A stretch of 20,000 nucleotides of DNA from an uncultured virus (IMG/VR IMGVR_UViG_3300031693_000204) (IMGVR_UViG_3300031693_000204), one strand, 5' to 3'. Positions 1 to 8,586 are shown, numbered from the stretch's first letter. Program-made: numbers and translations. Notes: generated by a model from the sequence alone, not told the origin.

Positions 1-1029
1 GAAATGGCAATCGAGCAAGGTGTTCCCGAAGACCGAATCGAGTTGTGGCACCAAAACATTGATGGTGATCCCGCCGACAACGGTGAAGCCTTCATGGATT
101 GGCCGGTAACTCACGCTTACGCAAGTGCGGTAGCAAAAGCACTTGATCTGAAATTGAGATTCCAATGGAAAGACGGTGGATTCGAGGGCGAGTTGCTCCG
201 AGAAAACGTATCGACTGCGGGAGTCTACTTTGAAGATCAGTTCGGCAAAACGCAATTCGCTCCACCACAAGCACCCTCAAGGAACTGCGCTTGTAAAAGA
301 CACACATTCCCGAAAGCCGAATGGGACACCGGGATACGTCGTTGGAGAGTGGCTGATGAAAGTCATCTGATTTGCCCAGTGTGCGACAAGGTTCGCAAGG
401 GAATCGACAGTCGGCTCAAGTGGCCTGCCAAAGCAGCGAGTCTAACCACCCGCTGGTGCAGTGCCTACTTAAAGATTGATGTTGCAAAGCGAGCGATCAA
501 CAATGATCCCCGATTTGACAATGCGAAAGTTTTGATCCTCACAGGAGAACGTCGAGAAGAAAGCACAGCACGATCCAAGTACGATGAAGTTGTGAAACAT
601 GGTAGCACGACAAAGAAGCGTCGAGTGGACCAGTGGCGAAGTGTTATTGATTGGTCTGAGAACGATGTGTGGGAAGCAATGGAACGGTGGCGATTGAGGC
701 CGCACCCTGCTTATTCTGTTGGCTTTGGGAGAGTCAGTTGTATGGCTTGCATCTTCGGAGACAAGCACCAGTGGGCAAGCGTCCGAGAACTTTCCCCTAA
801 CATGTTCAATAACATAGTACAATTAGAAACCAAGCTCAACCACACCATCGACAGCAAGAAGACAGTGCTGGACATGGCGGATGCTGGAACTGCCTACCCG
901 GAGTGCAAATCGGAAGTAGCAGAACAAGCAATGTCGCTGAACTATAACGTAAGCGATGTGTTCGTACCAGATGATGAAGAGTGGAAGTTACCGAGTGGTG
1001 CCTTCCGAAAGTGTGGTGGTCCCATATAG
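1..1029 (+). CDS. PAPS reductase-family (PP-loop, CysH/DndC-like) protein, 5'-truncated at window edge
   Basis: Motifs RWCSAYLKID, LTGERREESTARS, W-E-DVW...HPAY..GFGRVSCMACIF typical of phage/plasmid PAPS-reductase-like proteins. The N-terminal SGGKDS loop is absent and the frame is open from base 1. Confidence 0.8.
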   Translation, partial: EMAIEQGVPEDRIELWHQNIDGDPADNGEAFMDWPVTHAYASAVAKALDLKLRFQWKDGGFEGELLRENVSTAGVYFEDQFGKTQFAPPQAPSRNCACKRHTFPKAEWDTGIRRWRVADESHLICPVCDKVRKGIDSRLKWPAKAASLTTRWCSAYLKIDVAKRAINNDPRFDNAKVLILTGERREESTARSKYDEVVKHGSTTKKRRVDQWRSVIDWSENDVWEAMERWRLRPHPAYSVGFGRVSCMACIFGDKHQWASVRELSPNMFNNIVQLETKLNHTIDSKKTVLDMADAGTAYPECKSEVAEQAMSLNYNVSDVFVPDDEEWKLPSGAFRKCGGPI

Positions 1030-1602
1030 GACACCGGAAAGACCAGTACGAACGATGTCTAACCATTCCAGAAACTCCGAATCCAACATATCATTTTTCA
1101 TTCGGTTTACTGTAATGTGTACCCAACGAAGATTGCCCAGTTCATTCCCGCCTCCTCTGGATGTGGGAATGATATGGTCAAGGGAGGCATCGCCAGTACC
1201 CAATTCTATTGACTTGCCAGTAACGGCACAACAACCATTTTGAGATTCATAGAGTTCAGATAACTCTGTCCAGCGACTTCTATCTTGTAAACCTTTGGTG
1301 GCAATGTTTTTGATTACGCACTTCTTACACAAAGATCGGGAATTGTGTTTAGCACCACCACAAGACTGACACTTGCCTTGCTCTTTCAGTCGAGCCTTGA
1401 CTTTTCGACAACATTTGAGGCAACGTGTCTTGCCGTCAGAAGTCTTACCGCAGTCGCAGCATTTGCCTGATGATTTACGGTCTGACTCCCATTTCCTTTT
1501 TCGCTCTAAGCATTTTGAACATCGGGAGTAGAACTTGCCGGTTTTGGCGTTGATTTCATCACGCTCATTTTTACACGAGTGGCATTTTTGTTTTTCATTC
1601 AT
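988..1602 (-). CDS. Free-standing HNH endonuclease with Cys-rich (CxxC) N-terminal repeats
   Basis: CAVTG...SLDHIIPTSRGGGNELGNLRWVHITVNRMK HNH core plus several CxxC pairs. It is the only credible minus-strand gene and its 3' end overlaps the PAPS gene by 42 bp. Confidence 0.85.
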   Translation of the reverse strand: MNEKQKCHSCKNERDEINAKTGKFYSRCSKCLERKRKWESDRKSSGKCCDCGKTSDGKTRCLKCCRKVKARLKEQGKCQSCGGAKHNSRSLCKKCVIKNIATKGLQDRSRWTELSELYESQNGCCAVTGKSIELGTGDASLDHIIPTSRGGGNELGNLRWVHITVNRMKNDMLDSEFLEWLDIVRTGLSGVLYGTTTLSEGTTR

Positions 1603-1702
1603 ACCCTATCTAGTATTTAGGGTGAGGAAATTATAAAATAAAATTTGGACTAATCGGACACCGGGAAGGGAAGAGTAACGACAACCACATTTGGAGAGAG
1701 AC

Positions 1703-2470
1703 ATGACGAAGCGACAACCTTTACCAACCGAAATTCGTGAACGGGAAACCCCTGTTGATTTCACTGAAACTTTCAAGTGGCAGAAGTCAGTCACTTTTAC
1801 TACTGAAAGTTTCGTGAAGTGGATGGAGCAAAATCTCCCTTCCATCAAGGGCATGACTCCCGGAATGCAAAATGGGATCAAGGTCGGCGACAAACTCTTC
1901 TACTTGAAGTCGCTGCCGATCTGGTACTACACGTCGCACTTCGGATTCTCATTCATGCCAGTTTTGGGAACAATTCCGGCCCGTAGTGGATTGGAAATCT
2001 ACAAAGGTAGGACTGCCGGTTACGCATACTTTGATCAACAAGTCAACATCCCTGTACTTGTCAACAATGACAGAGAACCGTGGATGTCGCTGACCCCGAA
2101 TGAAATTCTTACTCTCCGTGGATCGGTTCGCCGAACGAAGGGCAACGTGGGAATGGCCGGTCTTGGTCTTGGCTGGGTTGCAAGGAAAGTCTTGGAACGG
2201 TCCAAGGTCAAGCACTTGACGATCCACGAAATCGACCAGAGCGTTATCGACCAGTTTGGAAAATCTCTGATTGAAGACTTTGGTGATCGAGTCAAGATCG
2301 TTCACGGCAACGCTTACGAGGCCGACTGGTCATCCTATGATGTGTCTCTGTGGGACATTTGGAAAGACTACGGTGGTGCATCTTGGGACAGCAAGTACAA
2401 AAAGATTCGTGACTCATTGCACAGAGATAACAAAATTTGTATTGGTTGGGGAGAAGGTGTTGGCGCATAG
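1703..2470 (+). CDS. SAM-dependent methyltransferase-like (spermidine synthase-like fold) protein
   Basis: WMSLTPNE...GNVGMAGLGLG (motif I), HLTIHEID (motif II), VKIVHGNAY, YDVSLWDIW. Start moved to ATG 1703 after the GGAGAG SD. Confidence 0.7.
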   Translation: MTKRQPLPTEIRERETPVDFTETFKWQKSVTFTTESFVKWMEQNLPSIKGMTPGMQNGIKVGDKLFYLKSLPIWYYTSHFGFSFMPVLGTIPARSGLEIYKGRTAGYAYFDQQVNIPVLVNNDREPWMSLTPNEILTLRGSVRRTKGNVGMAGLGLGWVARKVLERSKVKHLTIHEIDQSVIDQFGKSLIEDFGDRVKIVHGNAYEADWSSYDVSLWDIWKDYGGASWDSKYKKIRDSLHRDNKICIGWGEGVGA

Positions 2471-2516
2471 GACACCGGGAAGAGAGTCGTAACAACCACA
2501 ATTAGGAGAGACGACA

Positions 2517-2996
2517 ATGCACTGGTCAATTGAAAACGCCAACTTTGCGAACGATCCTCGTGTTCGGGCTGCTCAACGTGGAGCATGGTTCAAGTCTGTG
2601 GACAAGAGCCGGATGCGTGCGGTAGTTTCCTTGCGATGGGAAGATGATGAAGGCGAAGAGTTTGAGAAGGATGTTGAAGTCCCGATCAAGTTCGAGGTTT
2701 GCCAGACTTGTAACGGCAAAGGCACTCACGTCAATCCTTCCATCGACAGCAACGGAATCACGGCGGAAGAGTTTGCCGAAGACCCGGATTTCCGGGAAGA
2801 GTATTTTTCTGGTCGGTTCGATCAGACTTGCAACGAATGTCACGGCGAACGGGTTGTACCCGAAATCGACGAACAATGTGTCAATGAAGAAACTCGCAAA
2901 CTGCTCGATCAGGTGATGGCACAGATTGAGTCTGACCGACAGTTTGAGGCAGAATGTCACGCCGAACACATGGCAGAAATAAGGATGGGAGCATGA
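2517..2996 (+). CDS. Protein with DnaJ-type CxxCxGxG zinc-finger motifs
   Basis: CQTCNGKG and CNECHGER; AGGAGAG SD upstream. Confidence 0.75.
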   Translation: MHWSIENANFANDPRVRAAQRGAWFKSVDKSRMRAVVSLRWEDDEGEEFEKDVEVPIKFEVCQTCNGKGTHVNPSIDSNGITAEEFAEDPDFREEYFSGRFDQTCNECHGERVVPEIDEQCVNEETRKLLDQVMAQIESDRQFEAECHAEHMAEIRMGA

Positions 2997-3250
2997 TGAA
3001 AGCAATGATCGGATTCCAAAGGACAAGTATGATATACATGTCAAACAACGGGACTTGTCTTTGTGACGAACACGTCCGCTCTGGTGGAGCGTACTTGGAA
3101 GCGGAAGTCAGGCAACCCAACAATACCGTGTCAAGTAGGACAACACAAGATGGAGTGGATATCATTAAGACTCCGCTCGATGAATGGTTGTGCCTCACGC
3201 CGGAAATTGCCAAGCAAGAAAACGTCGAATGTGACGTGTGTAACCAATAG
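2993..3250 (+). CDS. Hypothetical protein (85 aa, Cys pairs)
   Basis: ATGA overlap with the upstream stop; CLCxxH and CDVC; ends at a TAG fused to the repeat. Confidence 0.65.
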   Translation: MMKAMIGFQRTSMIYMSNNGTCLCDEHVRSGGAYLEAEVRQPNNTVSSRTTQDGVDIIKTPLDEWLCLTPEIAKQENVECDVCNQ

Positions 3251-3268
3251 GACACCGGGAAGAACATT

Positions 3269-3460
3269 ATGGAAAACAAACTAGGCATTACCCACACACC
3301 TGTTGATAATGGTGGCGTGAAAGAAAATCAATGGGTAATCAAACTCCCTGAGAATTGCGAAGTGGATATTTACGAAGAGTCTGGGACAATAACAATACAA
3401 GGTGGCGAACTGGACCTGAGAATTGCGAAGTGGATATTTGCGAAGAGTCTGGGACAATAA
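3269..3460 (+). CDS. Short hypothetical protein, C-terminus altered by tandem duplication (possible pseudogene)
   Basis: 63 aa ORF whose last ~14 codons come from an out-of-frame second copy of a 68-bp duplication. Confidence 0.5.
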   Translation: MENKLGITHTPVDNGGVKENQWVIKLPENCEVDIYEESGTITIQGGELDLRIAKWIFAKSLGQ

Positions 3461-3483
3461 CAATACAAGGTGGCGAACTGGAC
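3348..3483 (+). repeat. 68-bp tandem duplication (1 mismatch)
   Basis: 3348-3415 and 3416-3483, CTGAGAATTGCGAAG...GGCGAACTGGAC; A3372 vs G3440 differ. Confidence 0.95.
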
Positions 3484-3498
3484 ACCGGGAAGAACATT

Positions 3499-3942
3499 AT
3501 GGAAAATACACGAATGAGTTCAATGAGCGAAGAACAACTGGCACGATTTGGTCAGTATATCGTTGACTTGTTTGGCCTTGTGTCTTTGGATGGCGTGGTT
3601 AGCCACGAAGTCATCGAGCCAATGGTCAACAACGGTTGGTCGCTGGGGCAAGAGAATCCGAAGACCTTAGTTGGTCTGGGTCGAATCATCGTGCGGCTTC
3701 TCAGCAATGCCGTGGAAGCCGACGATCAGATTTTGGGATATGTCCGATTGGATACTCCCAACAACCATGTAGCAAAAGACTTGCTGCTGCAAGCAATTGT
3801 CGAGCTTAAAGCTCGCCGTGAACCAGCGGAAGAGTATGTTGAGAAGCGGTACGAAGGACACACTGACAAGTTCCGTGCCGATAAACTGGTCCAGATTCAA
3901 GAGAAGTTGAGACTTCTTGAGGATGCTGGTATCGAAGTATAG
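3499..3942 (+). CDS. Hypothetical protein (147 aa)
   Basis: ATG 7 nt after the repeat at 3480; ends at TAG-repeat. Confidence 0.7.
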   Translation: MENTRMSSMSEEQLARFGQYIVDLFGLVSLDGVVSHEVIEPMVNNGWSLGQENPKTLVGLGRIIVRLLSNAVEADDQILGYVRLDTPNNHVAKDLLLQAIVELKARREPAEEYVEKRYEGHTDKFRADKLVQIQEKLRLLEDAGIEV

Positions 3943-3967
3943 GACACCGGGAAAAAGGATATGAGAA

Positions 3968-4147
3968 ATGAAAGTTTTATCTTCAACAAAACCGGAGCAT
4001 CTTGAAGAAGATTTGCCGGAACTGGAAAGAGTCAATAAAGAACTAATGACTTCGGACAAACATCCAACTTGGAGTTGGTTTGGCGGAATGATCACGATCA
4101 AAGATCGTGAGTATCAAGTCGCACCAGATCCAACAGACGCAGAATAG
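3968..4147 (+). CDS. Hypothetical protein (59 aa, MKVLSSTKPEHL...PTDAE)
   Basis: Manually translated; fills the interval between two repeats; in-frame TAG fused to the repeat; AAGGA upstream. Confidence 0.65.
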   Translation: MKVLSSTKPEHLEEDLPELERVNKELMTSDKHPTWSWFGGMITIKDREYQVAPDPTDAE

Positions 4148-4160
4148 GACACCGGGAACA

Positions 4161-4403
4161 ATGGCACAAGCACACGTTTGGCACGAAGATGTCACAGACG
4201 AGGACTGGATGGAAGGTCACGGCGAGTCTGGTTTCTTCTGGGATGATGCCGAAGATCATGGCGGATTCGACCGGAATACACCGTGCGGACCTTTCGAGAA
4301 AAGAGAACAAGCCGTCCAAGACGCAACCAAGTGTTTCGGACAAGAGCCAACAATCATCGAAGGTAAACCGGAACGATACGAAGATCATTTCGACCACAAA
4401 TAA
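4161..4403 (+). CDS. Hypothetical acidic protein (80 aa)
   Basis: ATG 2 nt after the repeat; GFFW...PCGPFEKREQA pattern seen in small phage proteins. Confidence 0.65.
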   Translation: MAQAHVWHEDVTDEDWMEGHGESGFFWDDAEDHGGFDRNTPCGPFEKREQAVQDATKCFGQEPTIIEGKPERYEDHFDHK

Positions 4404-4412
4404 GGACAACCA

Positions 4413-4814
4413 ATGAATTTGAATTTCCCAGACAACTTGACGGAAGATGAACAAAAAGAATTCACTTCCGTCAACCTCATTGCTCACAACGTCCTGCGAA
4501 ATGCAGACCCAGACACGCATCATCCGTGCTGGCTTTGTATGAGCGACGAAGCAAAGCAGGAATCCCGTGAAATGGCAGCAACGTGGTACAATTTACACAA
4601 GCGACCTTTGATGCCAGTTGCGGCTGGCACAGAAGACGAAATTTTTCGCTTTGAGAGAGTCCTGTTGCCAATTGCCGGTCCCATGATTCAGCAATGGATT
4701 ATGGCAGAGGCAGAATTCAAACGATTGCGAGTGGAAGAGAATAACCCACGAACATTCTTCGCACCAGCATATGCGTGTCCGTGCGAAGCATGTGAGCGGG
4801 GGGATCGTTTCTGA
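4413..4814 (+). CDS. Hypothetical protein (133 aa)
   Basis: TAAGGA SD; CWLC and CPCEAC motifs. Confidence 0.7.
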   Translation: MNLNFPDNLTEDEQKEFTSVNLIAHNVLRNADPDTHHPCWLCMSDEAKQESREMAATWYNLHKRPLMPVAAGTEDEIFRFERVLLPIAGPMIQQWIMAEAEFKRLRVEENNPRTFFAPAYACPCEACERGDRF

Positions 4815-4966
4815 TGCCTGACGTGCTACCTGTAAATGGCAAAGTCTACTGGGAAGAACGTGGTCTCAAGCCCGTCCTGTACAACAACAGCACAGAAAAG
4901 TACGAGGACGTAGGACACCGGGAAACAGGGCAACGAAACACAATTTTTGTATTGGAGACACGATGA
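4814..4966 (+). CDS. Possible 50-aa ORF or gene remnant reading through a repeat copy
   Basis: TGATG coupling at 4812-4816 and ATGA coupling at 4963-4966; reads the repeat as GHRE. Confidence 0.35.
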   Translation: MPDVLPVNGKVYWEERGLKPVLYNNSTEKYEDVGHRETGQRNTIFVLETR

Positions 4967-5532
4967 AGTTGATTACAAAAGAACACAGTTGGTTGACGGA
5001 TGATGATGCCGGGATTCATTTCTCCCGTCAACAACGACCGTTTTCTCTGGAAGTCAAGACCGTTCCGCCAGCAACCATCACTGCTGTTCGTAATCAGTCT
5101 TGCTTGATTAAACCGCCGACTTTGGAGATCCCAATCTCCGAGTTGGAGTTGTTGATTGCCACTAAGTGTGAGCCTCGTGGCGGGAACACGAAGTGGAACA
5201 GCAACACCATCTGCGGTGCCTACCACTGGAAAAAGATGGGCAAACCCGGTCTGGTGATTTACCAAGTGAACGGCACTGGCAATCACTTCATGTTCATGGA
5301 CCAATTGGAATTGTTTGATTCCTTCACCGAAATCTCAAAGGTGGCAAGCCCAATCGTTGTTTGGGACTTGATTCAGTCTTGGTTCAACGCATACGAGCGT
5401 GGCAGCACTCACTCGCATAATGCAACGAAGACAGAATACACTCAAGCGTTTGTTGATGGAAGACTCAAGAAAAGGAAACACCGAGGTCTCCAGACCTATA
5501 AGGTTTGGATCGAAGAACGAAAAGTTGCGTAA
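4963..5532 (+). CDS. Hypothetical protein (189 aa)
   Basis: TTGGAGA SD; long ORF ending before a repeat. Confidence 0.75.
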   Translation: MKLITKEHSWLTDDDAGIHFSRQQRPFSLEVKTVPPATITAVRNQSCLIKPPTLEIPISELELLIATKCEPRGGNTKWNSNTICGAYHWKKMGKPGLVIYQVNGTGNHFMFMDQLELFDSFTEISKVASPIVVWDLIQSWFNAYERGSTHSHNATKTEYTQAFVDGRLKKRKHRGLQTYKVWIEERKVA

Positions 5533-5599
5533 CCGACTGGACACCGGGAAGCGATGTGTAAGAGAAACTTTCAGTTTGTGTATAATTGAAAGTGTGAGA

Positions 5600-5629
5600 A
5601 CGTCAGGTAAAACTGACGTGCTTCTTTTT
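5600..5629 (+). terminator. Possible intrinsic terminator/attenuator hairpin
   Basis: ACGTCAG-GTAAAA-CTGACGT 7-bp stem followed by GCTTCTTTTT. Confidence 0.4.
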
Positions 5630-5649
5630 CATTAACATTGGAGAACAAC

Positions 5650-6186
5650 ATGTCTAACGTGAAGCGACTTACGGTTGAAGGAAAGTTGCCGTTCAATTGC
5701 ACGGAGAACTATGAACTGCGCCAGTTGCTCGGGCAACTTAATGCTCCGCTGATGGGGATTCGCATCACTTGGGTTGGTTCTGCCGAACACATTCCAAACG
5801 AAGAAACTGGTGGATCAACAGCGATTGTGTATTTCACCATCCACGGAACAGAAGCGGTGAGCTACAAATGGATCGACCACTTGCTGGCGGTAATCGTCAA
5901 TGCTGGCGGCGAAATCATGCTTGCTGAATCTGCCGAAACAGACGAAGGTGCAAACACACTCAAAATAGCTATTCCAGAAAAGTCGAAAACCAAAGGGCAA
6001 GAGTTTGTTTGCCCGGTCGTCTTCAATGTGGAAGACAACGACAAACCATTCGAGTCACACCAACTACGGACATGGTTGGAAGAGGCAGTTTTTGTTGACC
6101 TGCGAACCGAAGATGGAAACTTTGATGCTGGCGAAGACACAACAGTCAGCATGGGACTCGATCTTCAACGACTTGACCCCCGGTAA
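5650..6186 (+). CDS. Hypothetical protein (178 aa)
   Basis: TTGGAGA SD then ATG; ends TAATC-repeat. Confidence 0.75.
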   Translation: MSNVKRLTVEGKLPFNCTENYELRQLLGQLNAPLMGIRITWVGSAEHIPNEETGGSTAIVYFTIHGTEAVSYKWIDHLLAVIVNAGGEIMLAESAETDEGANTLKIAIPEKSKTKGQEFVCPVVFNVEDNDKPFESHQLRTWLEEAVFVDLRTEDGNFDAGEDTTVSMGLDLQRLDPR

Positions 6187-6234
6187 TCGGACACCGGGAA
6201 GAGAGTTGTAACAACCACAACGGAGAAAACAATG
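6184..6234 (+). promoter_or_regulatory. Representative full intergenic module: stop-GGACACCGGGAA-N7-GTAA-CAACCACAA-GGAGA(SD)-ATG
   Basis: TAATC GGACACCGGGAA GAGAGTT GTAA CAACCACAAC GGAGA AAACA ATG. The same architecture recurs at about two dozen junctions. Confidence 0.75.
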
Positions 6235-6666
6235 GACCACATGATGAAATCAGTGACGCTAAATGTCAAGTCTCGAATTACGCCTTTGGTAAAATACGAA
6301 GTCAAGAGACTTCTTGCTGTTCAACACATCGTCGTCAATGGCGGCGGCGGAATGGGCGGAAGTCGTGAACACTTCTACGGTACAGTCACCAAAAGAGGCA
6401 AAGCTGAATCATGGGACACTGACTTTTGGGATGTCAAACTGACGGTCACGAATCGAAAGATTCGTCTCAACCCTGAATACATGGGAAGAGTTGAAGAAGT
6501 CGCTTTGTGGGAAGAGAAGATCACTCACAAGAACGGAAACTTTACAAGTCCTTTGGTGAATCACTTCATTGCTCATGTTGACACGGAATTGAAAGCAGTG
6601 TCAGGACAAAGCCACGAAGACAGTCCCGAAAAGATATTCGGGTTTCTGACAGGATGCAACTTCTAA
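6232..6666 (+). CDS. Hypothetical protein (144 aa)
   Basis: GGAGA SD; bounded by repeats. Confidence 0.75.
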   Translation: MDHMMKSVTLNVKSRITPLVKYEVKRLLAVQHIVVNGGGGMGGSREHFYGTVTKRGKAESWDTDFWDVKLTVTNRKIRLNPEYMGRVEEVALWEEKITHKNGNFTSPLVNHFIAHVDTELKAVSGQSHEDSPEKIFGFLTGCNF

Positions 6667-6723
6667 ACGGACACCGGGAAGAAGGGTAACGAAGTCAACC
6701 CAAAATTTGCATTGGAGACAAAG

Positions 6724-7035
6724 ATGCCAGCGAAAATGGAACAACCTTGGAACGAACGACGGGAAGCATTGTTTGGAGACCTGATCCAACTCACATTGGA
6801 CTTGGATCGTGGCAATGTTCCTCACGTTTCCAGCGACATGAACCACATCTACGTTCACTTTGAAGACGAAGATGGAAAAGACATTGGGCATCTGGCTTAT
6901 GCTAGTGCATTGCACGGTCTTTACAATGATGTTTGGATGTGGGCAGATAGCTCAACCGAATGTGACGACAACGGCGAGCCAGTTGATGATCTGGACATTA
7001 AACAAGCGGTTTGCCTTTCACTCAGAACCCACTAA
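6724..7035 (+). CDS. Hypothetical acidic protein (103 aa)
   Basis: TTGGAGA SD then ATG 6724. Confidence 0.7.
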   Translation: MPAKMEQPWNERREALFGDLIQLTLDLDRGNVPHVSSDMNHIYVHFEDEDGKDIGHLAYASALHGLYNDVWMWADSSTECDDNGEPVDDLDIKQAVCLSLRTH

Positions 7036-7045
7036 AGGATATGAC

Positions 7046-7507
7046 ATGAATACTCACTTGGGAGTCAACTGGCACGAAGACCAACGGAAACACAACTCAT
7101 TCTCAATTCGCATCGGCGGATCGAATGACTTTGTGAGCAAGATCGACCCGGAAGACAAACGAAGCTGTCCTCCCGGAAGCGTGGACTTGGTTGATGGAAG
7201 AAATTATCCAGACGTGATGAAGTTTGGAACACTGGACGAAGCACTGGAAGCTGCCGATCTGGTCTTCTCAATTGAAGGTTTCCACAACAGCATCGAGTCT
7301 GAGCTAGTACCGGACACCGGGAATCCAATTACTGTCGAGCACTTGGAAGTTTACTTCTGCCCTGAGTGGCAAAGTCGAGACGGTAACGGTTTTTGTGTAG
7401 ACAACAGCAATGACTCAACTGGTCATCGCTTCCCCGACAATTTCAGTTGCGGAGCGTTCATCTGCTCGGAACTGGAACGATTAAAGAAAGAAGCGAAAGC
7501 AGCATGA
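7046..7507 (+). CDS. Hypothetical protein (153 aa) containing an internal repeat copy
   Basis: AAAGGA SD; the repeat at 7312 is read as PDTGN; ends KEAKAA. Confidence 0.7.
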   Translation: MNTHLGVNWHEDQRKHNSFSIRIGGSNDFVSKIDPEDKRSCPPGSVDLVDGRNYPDVMKFGTLDEALEAADLVFSIEGFHNSIESELVPDTGNPITVEHLEVYFCPEWQSRDGNGFCVDNSNDSTGHRFPDNFSCGAFICSELERLKKEAKAA

Positions 7508-7887
7508 TCTTAGCAGAAGCCGGATACGAAAAAGAAACGCACGACACGGGAGTCGCCAAAATCAAGGCGATGAAACCCAACATCGAGCAAGCAATCCGGG
7601 AACTGGTTAAGTTGTACCACTCCCTTTACGAAGTGGACGCATACAACATTAACTGCGGAATGTGTGAAGATTTTTCCGCTGATGTGATTGCGATACTTGC
7701 TGACGGCAAAGAGTCAGAAGAACTTTGTGCCGTCTGGCATGACAATATGACAGATTGCACTCAAGCAGAAGAAAATCACTGGGCGCACAACTTCGTAATA
7801 TACGAAGGTCGCTTTTACGATTCACAATCACCCGAAGGGGTTGATGACTGGCGAAACATTCCAGCGTTTGCCAACAACCCTGTATAG
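7504..7887 (+). CDS. Hypothetical protein with possible Cys-His-Asp (papain/transglutaminase-like) triad
   Basis: INCGMCEDF...HNFVIYEGRFYD; ATGA coupling. Confidence 0.6.
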   Translation: MILAEAGYEKETHDTGVAKIKAMKPNIEQAIRELVKLYHSLYEVDAYNINCGMCEDFSADVIAILADGKESEELCAVWHDNMTDCTQAEENHWAHNFVIYEGRFYDSQSPEGVDDWRNIPAFANNPV

Positions 7888-7905
7888 GACACCGGGAAGG
7901 AAGAT

Positions 7906-8283
7906 ATGAAAGGTCAATGTTTCCCATACGCCGTGCAACAAGCAATGCAATTCGGCATGGCTGAATCAGAATCAGACTTCGCCGTGGTTCATGGTGTTGT
8001 GCATACTCCATGTGCTATTCCAGCACATCGTTATGTTCACGCTTGGATCGAATGGCATGGCGCAGTCCACGACTGGCAGACGATGAAAGCCGGTCATGGC
8101 GGCAAGTACGAGAAGAAAGGATACCCAAAGGTCATTTTCTATGCTCTTTACAAACCAGAGAGAATCAAGACCTACACCGCTGCGGAAGCAATGGCTGAAT
8201 GTCTAAAGAGTAATCACGAAGGACCGTGGACGGATGATTTCGATGATGTTATCATGGAGCAACTGGACCGGCAACCAGCATAG
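7906..8283 (+). CDS. Hypothetical protein, possible transglutaminase-like fold
   Basis: GQCF...VVHG...HAWIE...VHD pattern. Confidence 0.6.
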   Translation: MKGQCFPYAVQQAMQFGMAESESDFAVVHGVVHTPCAIPAHRYVHAWIEWHGAVHDWQTMKAGHGGKYEKKGYPKVIFYALYKPERIKTYTAAEAMAECLKSNHEGPWTDDFDDVIMEQLDRQPA

Positions 8284-8315
8284 GACACCGGGAAGAGAGT
8301 CGAAAGGAAAACATA

Positions 8316-8537
8316 ATGGTGAAACAAAAACACACTGTCGATTTCTTTGACTCAATGACGATGAAGAACCGGACTGAAAAATGTGTCGTATTGAGTATGT
8401 CTCTTAGCGACAACGAAGATGTTGAAGATATGGCAACTTGTCAGATCGAAAGACCAATCCGCAAACGTATTCGAGTACCGATTACTTGTCTGGTCTGTTT
8501 GCATACTGGACAACGATTGCCATTTCCAGTCGAGTAG
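8316..8537 (+). CDS. Hypothetical protein (73 aa)
   Basis: AAGGA SD; bounded by repeats. Confidence 0.65.
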   Translation: MVKQKHTVDFFDSMTMKNRTEKCVVLSMSLSDNEDVEDMATCQIERPIRKRIRVPITCLVCLHTGQRLPFPVE

Positions 8538-8586
8538 GACACCGGGAAGAGAACTGTAAGAAACAACCACATTCAGGAGACAAAGC

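Noticed and set aside
5558..5586. Sigma70 promoter at TATAAT 5581
   Set aside because: No acceptable -35 at 16-18 bp and no TGn extension (preceded by GTG).
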